Notes under the pieces: model-generated
Database searches by the model: none
The model's input: the letters and a program-made list of their open reading frames with translations, nothing else
Told to the model about the DNA's origin: nothing
In this document: positions 53,256 through 64,000 of the stretch, piece by piece
How the letters are laid out: each line of letters begins with the position of its first letter
Numbering within the stretch: the stretch's first letter is position 1
Translations under genes and position numbers: made by a program
Origin: Marsupella aquatica
Taxonomy: Eukaryota; Plantae; Marchantiophyta
Assembly (NCBI GenBank): GCA_973895155.1
Contig: OZ316893.1
Coordinates: forward strand, 12,664,359-12,728,358
Reading direction: 5' to 3'
Length of the DNA: 64,000 bases

Positions 53256-53840
53256 CTAATCACTGCAGACCGGAAGATAATGCGTTCACCTGATAATCGG
53301 AGGGCCCTTAAAATGCTGCGTTTATAACTTGGTCCAGTCCAGTCGTCTGGTGAGTCTCTGCTCCGATTCCAAACGGGAGAAATATTGGGACAAACGTACT
53401 AGACACCTGCAAGCATGCACTTCATAGTTTGAATATGTGCCTTCACAATATTGAAGGTGACAAGTGCAATTGTTTTGTGATGCCACATACAGATGTTTCG
53501 TATGGGGGCAGACATTCAATGAGAATACAAAATGTTGGTACACTTTAAGGGAATTCTCGCAAATTAAATAGCCTTGTAACTTATATGCTCATAATGAGAA
53601 GTCCTGATTTAATTTAAGCAGTGTCATGTAAGTCGTGATCAAAATGATTGCAGAGTTAAAAAAGTTCCTAGAAGGCTTAAGGGGAGATTTTGAAGGCATG
53701 TACCCAGGAACAAGTAATGAACTTAGGGTACTTGTTGCCTAAGCATCCTCTCCTACAGAGGTCCTTCTTCTCAAAATTGGAATGTCTGCAATCTCCAAGG
53801 TATCCACATCAGGTGCACTATGCATGTACATTATTCAGGT

Positions 53841-54521
53841 TCAAAGCCAAGAAATGTGATCTCTCATGGGAGTGTGCAAAGTAGGATCTATGGCATGGCG
53901 ATGACAATAGAAGATCCATCGATCAACACCATGTGCAGAGTGATCATAGATGTGTCTGTCACAAGCATAGCCTTCTGCTTGACGCTCCTTCAAACAATGA
54001 AAGTGCCACATGGTGGGACACCTAACACAGTGGACTATGTCCACCCAGAAATCTTCATCGTGCTGACCACATGCCTTGCACTTATGAAGTGGGCAAGCTG
54101 TGGCAAGATCGGGCAAACATGAAAAACAAAAGAACCTCACACAATATCTGTCAGGGCATTTCCTAACAAGTGGTGGAGCATCAATAGAGCCCTCATAAGA
54201 CCCCAACTTCCCACACTGTGCACACTTAGCCTGCTTCTCCAAACAATCAGTGCACATCCAGCCTCCTTGGTGTGCTGACGGGAGGCCCACCCCTGGACAG
54301 TTGTTTTCTGCAGCAAGGTCAGACTCCGGGTTGAGGTGGAAATGCCTCATGCAAGGGCCCTCACATATGGCTAAGTCACCACCATCGTCACAAATGGCAC
54401 AACAATGAGCCGCCTTCTGGAAAATCTGACTTGCGGAGAAGTTACTACCATCTGGCCCAACTACACCTGTGTTGCTCACCTCTGTCCCCCGCTTCTTGGC
54501 TCGGATTTTAGGGCGTGCCAT
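53841..54521 (-). CDS. Stand-alone EDM2-like PHD-finger cassette (CACTA cargo), intact
   Basis: CAICDDGGDLAICEGPCMRHFH...CPLHKC...CVRCPTMWH...YCHRHAIDPTLHTPMRDH with an N-terminal basic NLS-like tract. Confidence 0.88.
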   Translation of the reverse strand: MARPKIRAKKRGTEVSNTGVVGPDGSNFSASQIFQKAAHCCAICDDGGDLAICEGPCMRHFHLNPESDLAAENNCPGVGLPSAHQGGWMCTDCLEKQAKCAQCGKLGSYEGSIDAPPLVRKCPDRYCVRFFCFSCLPDLATACPLHKCKACGQHDEDFWVDIVHCVRCPTMWHFHCLKERQAEGYACDRHIYDHSAHGVDRWIFYCHRHAIDPTLHTPMRDHISWL

Positions 54522-55190
54522 GCCTACGCATGAGACAGATAGTACAATTTAGCAGAGTGCACAGACAATACAATTTAGTGCAGTGTACAAAAAGTACAGT
54601 GTAGCATATAGACTAGAGTGGCAATTGCTACTGCAATGAAATGTTCACACACATGTGCAGAGTAGACATACTTTTTGGTTTGTTGAGCCCACACTAAAAA
54701 CTGATCCCCTCGTACAATAGCTCCACCTACACCTCAATTTTGTGGCTATGATTCACCAAAGGAGATCTGCAACAAGATTTAATGCATTTGAATCACATAT
54801 AACAGTCGTGACATGTAAAACAGGCATTTTTTGAACAGGATTGGTATCAAGCAGTGTGATCAGGGTTGTAATTTATACATCCTAAATAGGCTATGATAGT
54901 GAATGAGACAAATAAGTTAGGCATAAATCACTTTTTCCAAGTTATCACATGGCCCATTAATTCCAGTCTTTGAAAGGAGACTTTTAAGTGAGCTTGCTAG
55001 CCTCTTAAATTAGGATATTGTACTTAGTGCAGCCATAATAGGATAAGTTATGTACTGTTGACCCTAAACCCTGGACCCAAAATTGGTCATAATTCAAAAT
55101 CTTAAGTAAATATCCTCTCTGTTCAAGTCAAAGTGTTAAGTTATAGGTCAATGGTCTCTGGTTTGTGCATGCGGTGTGACAAGTGGTCCT

Positions 55191-55640
55191 CTAGAGCGTG
55201 TGATCCAAACATGTGTAGACACCAAAGTGACCGGTGGTGGGGTCTGGGAGGGCAGGACAAGTGACATTGCCAGGCACACTGCAGGATGGCGAGTGGTTCC
55301 AGATGATACATTGTGCTCTGTGAAAAAACCGACATCCAAGAGAACGGTCATCCAACTCTAGGCCAGAAGCCCTACAGGCAGGACAGTCATATTGGCAACT
55401 GTGCACACACCCTTGGGCCCTAATTTGTGGCGGGTCATGTACAAGAGACAGAAATACCAAGGATGTTGGGAAGGGTGGAGAAGCAGGTACAGGCCGACTG
55501 TAGTTGTTCCTGGCAACAACTGGGTACTCAAAGTACCATGCAGACTGGGCTGGAAGGATCCCAAGTCTGACATACTCAAGGCGCAACATCTCTGCCTTGC
55601 GTGCAAGCCGCACATGTTCAGCGTTGCGGGTCCTCACCAT
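55191..55640 (-). CDS. Hypothetical CACTA cargo ORF
   Basis: ATG-started 149-aa ORF on the same strand as the other cargo genes; no recognised motif. Confidence 0.3.
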   Translation of the reverse strand: MVRTRNAEHVRLARKAEMLRLEYVRLGILPAQSAWYFEYPVVARNNYSRPVPASPPFPTSLVFLSLVHDPPQIRAQGCVHSCQYDCPACRASGLELDDRSLGCRFFHRAQCIIWNHSPSCSVPGNVTCPALPDPTTGHFGVYTCLDHTL

Positions 55641-58600
55641 AAGTGTTGCTTTTGTGGAGATGTCATGTGTTCACGTCCTCTGATAAGCACCTTCGATCAG
55701 CAAGGTGAGCAGGAGCTGTACTTGCCTCACCAACAGCAACCAACCTTAAATTATCAGTTCCCACTCACTGTGTCATTCCATTGGTTCCAGCTAGGGGTCA
55801 CAGTGTAAACATAGCATGAAACACTCCTAATCAACTTGCTTACAAACTACAATATCCAGAAAGAGTGAAAGTCTCACCCTCCAGTGAGCAGCAGAGAGGT
55901 AGTTCACTAGATGTGTTGATGTGCAGTTAAACCTCCACTATTGCTTACTTCTGGTGTATGCTGCTCAGAAGAAGACATATTAGTAGCAGCAAATTGCAAA
56001 TAATGGCCATAAGCAAACCGTGAGAGTTTGCAGAATGCTACGACAAATCCATCACAGCAGTGCTCCACAGGAATGAAACCAAGCAAAATTTGGTGACCTC
56101 GGCCAATGACAAGGCCAATGTAGTGAACAATCCTTGACCGATCAGGATATGGATTGGAATTACAATTAGTCAGCTCTTCTTCTTTGTTTTCTAACTCTGG
56201 GGGAAATGAGCATGACCAGGGAATTCTCTGAGAAATAGAAGTGCACAGGGAAAATGAAATTGGCTCATTCAGCTCTGCAAGATGGACCATTGCAGCATAC
56301 TTGGACAGTTGTTCCGCAATACATAAAATACCCTGACTTACATGCAATTGATACAATCTGCTTCTGTTGGCTGTCCTACAGCTCATGGCAGTGCCGTTGG
56401 GACAGGGTAAGTGAATATTGCCATAGCTGAAGCACATTGAGCTTGCAGCAACAAGTGAAGGAGCATGGCCAAAAGCAGAAAAGACAGACAGGTTTTACAA
56501 GAAGAAACTAACAACCGCCAATCTGCTCAAATCCGCTGCATAGATCAAACCCTCCGAACTACACAGCCCTCCTTTGAAAACAATCCAATGTGCTTTGGCT
56601 GGTGGATGACAAGGACTGGGAGAAGAGGAAACGTCTGCACAATCAATCCAAATGACGGTACACAGAGACCAGGCACAGAGAGGATTTGTGCTTAGACAAA
56701 AACCACAAATTGTAGCATGGGCGCCATAGCATTCTAGACAAAGCACAAAACATAGAATCTATGAATCTATGACTCATGGACTAACAAAATGATTGGGTAG
56801 CATGGCAAAAGGAAAGACAAATTTCAAAATGACAACATGGCCCGTTTCCACCATTCATTTGACGTTGCTAGGTGTCCGTAAGATGACTGACCCACAAACA
56901 ATCCCGACAACCTCATCCGACAGACTGCTTTTCTAGTGTGAAGAAATACATGATTACAAGCAACACCACGCCTCATCCAAGCAGGGAATTGAAAACATAA
57001 CCATGTCATTCCTATATTGGACAGTGTCCTCTGCCATTGCACTGCATAGTTGTTATTCCATGTTGGTTGTCAACAGTTTGTTGGCTTGCCACAACCTAGA
57101 TAGAACAATAAAATATTGTACATGAATACAACAAGAAAAATCTGCATACAGCGATGGCCCGGTCACTTGAGGAAAAAACAAAACTAAGAAGGCAGGCACA
57201 CGGGCAACCGAGAAAAAAAGCTAGTGGCGCCTCGCGGAGAATCCAGAATGGTAATGCCCTCGCCCAGAAGCTTGGGAAACAAAAGAGAAAAAAGCAAAAA
57301 CGAGCTACCGACCACCGTCTTGACCAGGCCTGCCACAAGGTATGGCTGGAGGCTGTGGTCCCCCCCTCAGTAAAGAAAAGGATGCAGGTTGGAGCACGGG
57401 GCACAAGGCATGTTTGGATCCAGGAGGAGCAAAACAGTAATGTCAAGCAGGAAGTGTGGAGAGACCAATCAGTAAACAAAAATAGGGGAGAACAAACATA
57501 CATCAGCAGCAACAGGAAACGAGAAAGTTGATTTAGGAGGGATTGTAGGGAGAGAGCTTTTGGTGGGCTCGGCTGTGCGTGAAATATCGGGAGATAGATG
57601 CGCGAGAGAGTGAGGAGGGTGGCAAGCGGAAGACGGGTTGGGACTGGACCCTTGGTGCCGGTGGGTAATATATGGGGTTTCAGCAGACTTGGGGCCAGTT
57701 TGAGGAGGATTGAGAAGCGCGCACCCCACGTTCTTGGGTGGTGGTTGGGTGGGGTTTTGTTTGATTGAAGAAGAAATCACCATTCTCTTCTAGAAGAAAG
57801 AAAATCACAGGAAATAGTGGACGGGAGAACAAGGCATGTAATAGAGAACAACAAGGCATGTAATAGAGACAGTGCGCAGCTCAGCTCCGAGGTCACACTT
57901 TACGATGCACAGGGGGTCCTTGGTTGCACGTAGGAGAAGGACTGAATCACTGTGGCTGCTCTTCTCTACTATCGAAGCACCCGGCTGGCAGCTCCGCAAA
58001 CACTGATCGTAGCTACAATCTCTACACCGTTGATTGAAGAGCAGCTGCAGCACAGTAAGGAGCTCCCACAGCCTCCCTCTTCAAAGCTCGGTTGACCTAG
58101 CTCTACGATCGACGGAGCATGGGCGCCAGACAAAGCACAAACTGTACCATGGAGCTGGAGAAAAACACAGAGTAATTGAAGCCTAACAATACCCTTCTCA
58201 GCTCCTGATTGAATGAGGAAAAACACATTACAAGACACATTGCAGGCAATAGGATTTTAACAATGAAGTCTCGCCTGTGCTGACAGAATACCTGCTTACA
58301 GCCACGCGTTGCTCATCCTCCCACAGTTCGGTGGCACACTATCCAGATGGCATGACGCATGCCTTAACTTATGACGATTTGCGCAGCTCAAATCAAGTAG
58401 GTTGTCCCCACAAAAAGACAGAGGACAACAAAGAAAAGCAATGTAGCCGTGATGTCTTACCAGCCCTGACAATGGGAGCTTCAAAGGCGGTGCACTATGG
58501 CTGAAATGGCAGCACGCTGCTCGAACACTAAAGCAACACAAAACTTGGACTCTCACCTTATGCAACTCCTGGCTTGTATTCAGCTGGCGTTGGCCCACTC

Positions 58601-61600
58601 TAAGCTCCTGCGCCGCTCCGACTGCCAGTCGTTCTGTAGACGGTCTGTATCCTCCCTGACTGCAGCTCCTCCCCGCCCCCAGCTCGTCACCCGCGTCTTC
58701 TCCCCAATTTGTGGTGAGCTCCTCCTCGACCACAGCACCCTAAACTGCTTTGCCCAGCCTCTGATGGCCTTCACGTTGTTACCGATTGTCGCTCCCCACA
58801 AAGTCCACAATCCATAAACCAGGCAGATAGTGCGCCCGTAGAACAGATGCAACCCGCATGCAGCTTCACCAGCTCAATGGCAGCTCAACAGCTTAAGGGT
58901 GCAGCAAAAGGGCGTTGAATAGGTTGTCTCACCTCACCCTTCGAGAGCCGGTCATTGCAGCATCCCTAAACTCCCGATCCCTCTTCTCGGATTCCACAGA
59001 GCCGACCACAAGAAAATGGGAACACTAAACCTCACTGTAGAGACGTTCCCACCAAGATTACACGGAAAACCTTGCTCCGATCCCTAAGCTCCCAATCCCA
59101 TCGAGAGAACACGATAAAACCTTGCTCCAATCCCTAAACTCCCGATCCCACCAAGAGAACACAATAAACCTTGCTCCGCAAGTTGGGAATGTGGCGGGAT
59201 CCCTAAACACATCAACAACCTGCTAAGTGTAAGCAAAGTTGCATAACCGGCTTGTTCCCTTCCAACGGTCGCGCGACTCGGGTGTCCAAACGGTACTGCA
59301 AGCGGTACAGGCCCCTAGCTTGGGATACCCTTACCAAAGTCACTGGTGTTGCCGACATGGTAACGGCAAGATTATCCTGACCCTCCATAAACCCCCTCCA
59401 TTCACTCAAGTGTTGTGAGTGACAACTTAGTGTAGTGTCGCTAAACAAATACTTTGGCCTTAGCAAATATCTGTGGTGATCGAACTTCATTAAACCAAAC
59501 CTCTTTTGGTCACAAATAAGGCCATTTAATGAGTGATGCCCCTTGTCATCACCCTCTTAATTTATGCAATTACCCCTCCTGAACACAATTGAACATTGTC
59601 CAAATTGCCTACCCTCATGAATAATTTGTCAATTATCTTTCCCGACATATATGATGTCAATGGACATGATGGGGAACATGATGTCAATGGACATGATGCC
59701 AACGATCCAATGGTTCCTAAACCCCCATCCCCTTAACATGCAACCCCCGACCCTTGACATCAAACCCCCCTAAACCCCCTTTAGTGAAAACCCAGCCACC
59801 CCCTAGCCTTGACATATAAACCCCCTAAACGTCTTCACAACTCGACTGTGGCCAGACTATCTTTGCAATGCCAAGGGCCATTTTTAGAGTGCATGCCGCT
59901 TGCAAGCTCAGGCTCTCAAGATCCTCCCAAGGCAGCAAACAAGTTAGGGTCCCTAAACATGTTCCTTTACCCTAAACCATTGCGTCACTATTTCAATCGA
60001 GTGTTCTTTGCCTGGACAACCCCCTAACCCTAAACCCACACCCCCTTGAGACCGGTACAAATCTACCTTTGTGCATCTTGGCCTTTTATTGATGGAGTTA
60101 GTAATCGATCCCTCCGTAGTCCACCCTCCATGAACCTCACTCCAAAACCTTTTTTGTCACAAATAAGGCCATTTATTGAGTTATGCCCCTTGCTATCTCC
60201 CTCTTTACAGAATTACCCCTCCTCAACATAAGTGAACATTACCCATGATGTGCTAGACTATTCACCGTTCACAAAGTAGCAAGGTTACTTCTCATAGTCT
60301 TTTAGTGAACCATAAAACACTAATAGTCTTTTGTAGTCTTCAACAAAACTGGTGCAATGGGTGCGAGTCGTTTCAAGTATGGAAAAAGGACTTAGTGGGC
60401 TTAGTCCTATAAGGTATGGTCTAAATTGCCCCGGTTTCTACTAGTGCACACACTAAGGACTTGGGCTAGCTGAGAGCTGGTTGGGTCAAGTGGATATGGG
60501 CCGGGCTCAAGGACGACCATCCGGACCTCTAGATGGACCTTGAGTTATGAGGGCTTGAGGGTGAGCTCCTCTTGGGCCCAAGGCCCATGGAGTTGACGCC
60601 ATGGGCAACGGACGCTTGGGGCGCAAGTTACGGCCCGATCCGGGTTGGGCCGATCGGGGGCCCCGAGCGGCGATGAGACCTGAGGGCCTAGGCATGATCA
60701 CTGGTTTGGCCCGATCACAACGGGCTAAGGCACTCCGCTTGCAGATGCCTAACGAGAAAGTTATGGGCGTTGCTAGTTGGTGGCGCGCCCATTATGCGCG
60801 ATACAATCCGGGTTGGGGGCCAAATGTTTAGGGACCAAAGCTGGTCCAGGGGTGACAGGTCTCCAGAAGCATATATGAGGGGAGTGGTGTCTCCCTAGGG
60901 GCTAAGGGCGAGCCAAAGTCGTGAGCCGCGACGGTTGCGACACTAAGGGAAACTGTCAAACGGAAATGACGATATCTTCCCAACGGGAAATCCGTTGGAG
61001 GACTTATTGGGTGTGTTAGAAAGCTCTTGAGAAGGCCTACGCCCTCCTGAGCTCAGATAGGTCTGGGGGCACCTTGGGTTCTTGGGGTTTGCGGGTGTTA
61101 ACTCGTTCGCTTGCCAAATCCTGCCGAACAGCAGCCAAGTCGCATTCAGTCTCCCAAGGGAGCTTGCGTAGGGGAGGCAAGGCCAAGTAGGTATGGAGGT
61201 TGAGTTCCAAAAGTACTCGGTCCCTAGACCATCAGTGGGGCGAACCGGGAGTTGGTCGTTTGTGTCGGGACCATTCTGGTTCGGGCATGTTGGGACAAGC
61301 TTGGGACAAGCTTTAGGACAAGCTACGCTATTTGGGCCATGAGCATGTCCTGAGGTCAGGGTGGTCAGTTGGTGATGGATAGGTACGAGGGGGAACCCGG
61401 GCCACACCCAAGGAAGGAGTTGTTCTAGACGGACAGTGGACGTGGGTTTTGGTTCCAGCTTATGGCATCGGGAGGATCTATCTAGATCCCGAAGGGTTAC
61501 TTACCGAGGTGCTTGGTTGCTTGTGCAGACAGTGAGGCCGTTGAGTAGCGGTCGTGTAGGTGAGCAAGTGCGGCTTCGTATGGGAGTGGCCGCTGGTGAT

Positions 61601-62719
61601 GCAAGGGGCACTAGGGGGCTTGCTCGAGGTATTCCATGGAGGCGTTTGGGCACCAGGGGCACTTAGGCGTGAGTGCTGGGATTGGTGAGGGCGCTGGGTG
61701 GCTAGGTCCACCACTCGGCCTTTGTGGATAAAGAGCACCAAGGGGTGAATGTACAACTAATCTTGTCCGGCGAGTGCAAAGCCGGGCTCCGTTGTAGTGT
61801 ACAGCTTGCTGCCATTGGGCCTGCTAGTTTAGGAGAAGTTGAGTCAACCGTGTTTATGTGTATGACGGATTTTGAAGTAAAGTTTTTCCCACTGTTTCCT
61901 TTGTGTAAATTGGGATTGTATGTTGTGAAGTCAAGTGGCAGTTTTCAATCTCGTATACGGGTAGAAAATGCTTGGCTGAATCAATGCATTATGCAAGCTG
62001 CGCATGGGAAGTCAATTTCGGATAGTGGTTCATTGCAAGCCCGGGTTGGACACTTGTATAATTGGATCCGGATTGGAGGCAGACAACACAAAGGCTTAGA
62101 AGTCCTTAAGCTGGGGTCGATCCAACTATCAACAAGATACATTTTGGCAGAAAAACACAAAGTATGCCTGTGGTAAGTGTGTATGTATAGTTGGGTGCTC
62201 TTAGCGCTAGTTTATGGGAATAAGTACAAATTGTGCATCCCTCCTTGCCTGAACCCTCAATACTAACAAAGCTTATGCCAACCTAAGCCAAAATCCATGT
62301 AAGGATTGACCTTTTGGTGTGACGTATTGAATTAGAGAAGCTTTCTTTTTACTGAAATTGGAGAAGCTACGGAAATCCCAGCTTTGCCTACTTAGTTAGT
62401 GTCGCTTCATTCAGGAAGCAAGATTGAGGGGTACTAAATTCTCTCCTTTAATTTCTCCATTCCCAAGAATTGAGCCCCACTAAAAGACAAGAGGTCCAAA
62501 GTGTCACATAAAATATATGGATATGATATCTTAATCTTGAGTTAATCACATAAGGGACGCCCCAATCATCTAGGAAGTGTGCACGCCATTCTTGGAAGTG
62601 TGTCCAACAATTTTGGAAGTGTATTCAACCAACTCTGAATGACATTTCTGAATGACAGGGCCTCATTTTAAGGAGAGGAAATTTTGGGACCCTACTGATC
62701 TTCTCCTTCAATCTCTCCC

Positions 62720-63720
62720 CTAGCTTGAAGGTTGTGTGTGCAGCTACCCTGAACTGTCTACTTAGGGGATGGGAGCTCTCCCATTGTCATCTCCACTTTA
62801 TCACAGCTGCTCGGAAAATTCCTTGTTCCCTCTCAATTGCACAATTTCTCCTCCTTATGGAGCAGCACCTAACTGTCACAGACACTGAGATGCGTGAAGG
62901 TATGAGTTTTCTTGCAACCAGCAAGGTTTTCACTGTGGAAGATCTCTCCACACCTGGTCTTGGCTGGAAAACTCTAGAACGGGTCCAAGGTTTGCTACGA
63001 TTGACCCGACATAGTGCTACCCGACTTCTTCCACAAATTCTTGGTCTTTTGAACTCCTCCAAAGGGTCAACAACGGGGAGACTCTCACATCTGAAGGGTG
63101 GGTTTGGAAATGGCCCAATGGTGTGAAAAGAGGATGGCACCTTCCTACCAAGACGTGGGCAGCAATGGTGCAACCCCAACTTACCCCACGGCCCAACTCA
63201 ACCATAGGTGGTTCTCTCTTGACACACAAGACCCGGGACAAGACCTCTGGAGGAGCGATGGACGCATCTATGGAAAGGTTGGACCTCAACTAGTGTTAAA
63301 CTTGTCTTTTGGAAGGTGCTTCATCAGGGTTCTAATTTGCACGCTTTGAAATGGAAAGTTAGTGATGGCCATTGCACCGCCTGCCAAGGACACATGGAGA
63401 CCCCATTGAGCACATGTTCTATGACTGTCCTAGGCTGTGGTCCCAGTGGACCCATCTTTAAATCATTGCTATTGCCACCAGTCTGAACAAGGCTGTTGGA
63501 TGCTCCTTGTTTGGCAAGATTGACATTGCTATTAGGTCCCATGCAAAAGCGCAACCCTGGCTTCCTTCTCCTCATCCATGAGATGCTACCTCTACCAGGT
63601 TTCCATTGCACATCATCCTCAAAGATGTTGCTGTTCAAGTTCATGCTAGCCTTCAGCGGACTCACAGTGTGTAGAAGGCCAGACGGCTACATCAAACCAT
63701 TCTTAAACTCATTGAACTGA
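62720..63720 (+). mobile_element. Degraded L1-type LINE ORF2 3' fragment (zf-RVT region)
   Basis: RWTHLWKGW...KLVFWKVLHQG...CTACQGHMET..HMFYDC (CCHC) read across frameshifts at 63259-63430. Confidence 0.7.
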
Positions 63721-64000
63721 CTGCTAGGACTTCTACTGGCACTAGTCCCGCATAGCTGAGGTCTTTGCTGTTGGAACCCTGCTCATTCTAGTGTGGAGGC
63801 CCCCCTTTGCCTGCGGGTGGTGCGTTGTTTGTCTGTTGTTAGTGTAACTTAGTTTCTTTGCTTTCGCCCCCCTTGGCGCTTCTTTAGGAGGTGACCTTGT
63901 GTTCTGTTGGGGTGGTTTTTGGCATTTAGCTAGTGGTCGTTTGGGGTGTGTGTGGCCCTTTGTGTGGTTTGTCATCTCCCTTGCTGGTTTTCGTCACGGT

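Larger units (their letters stand above)
43391..60446 (-). mobile_element. Full-length CACTA (En/Spm) transposon, 17 kb
   Basis: TIR CACTAGTAGAAACCGGGG / CCCCGGTTTCTACTAGTG, 3-bp TSD CAC on both sides, TnpD inside. Confidence 0.95.

Noticed and set aside
60450-62176. GC-rich ORFs right of the CACTA
   Set aside because: No motifs; probably non-coding retroelement sequence continuous with 42858-43390, into which the CACTA inserted.

Overview
Repeat-dense eukaryotic DNA with GT-AG introns, plant-type CACTA, Ty3/gypsy and L1 elements. It is most likely from a non-seed land plant; this is inference and the species cannot be determined. I recognise no ordinary host gene. Main content: (1) a minus-strand cluster at about 12.4-20 kb with a spliced IS3EU/rve-like DDE transposase, a pseudogenised TET/JBP-like 2OG-Fe(II) dioxygenase, a stand-alone EDM2-like PHD cassette split by a 1.86-kb TIR element, and a pair of small paralogous ORFs. 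(2) A Ty3/gypsy element with about 1.6-kb LTRs and a CCGC TSD, cut inside RT by a roughly 16.5-kb inversion (about 20938-37404) that also splits a 375-bp satellite. (3) A complete 17-kb CACTA element (43391-60446, CAC TSD) carrying TnpD, a TnpA-like gene, an F-box-like ORF, a tandem BRCT ORF and a second EDM2-like PHD ORF. The main candidate novelty is a transposon-borne chromatin or anti-silencing cargo set shared between unrelated TE superfamilies. All family calls come from motif recognition, not database searches.
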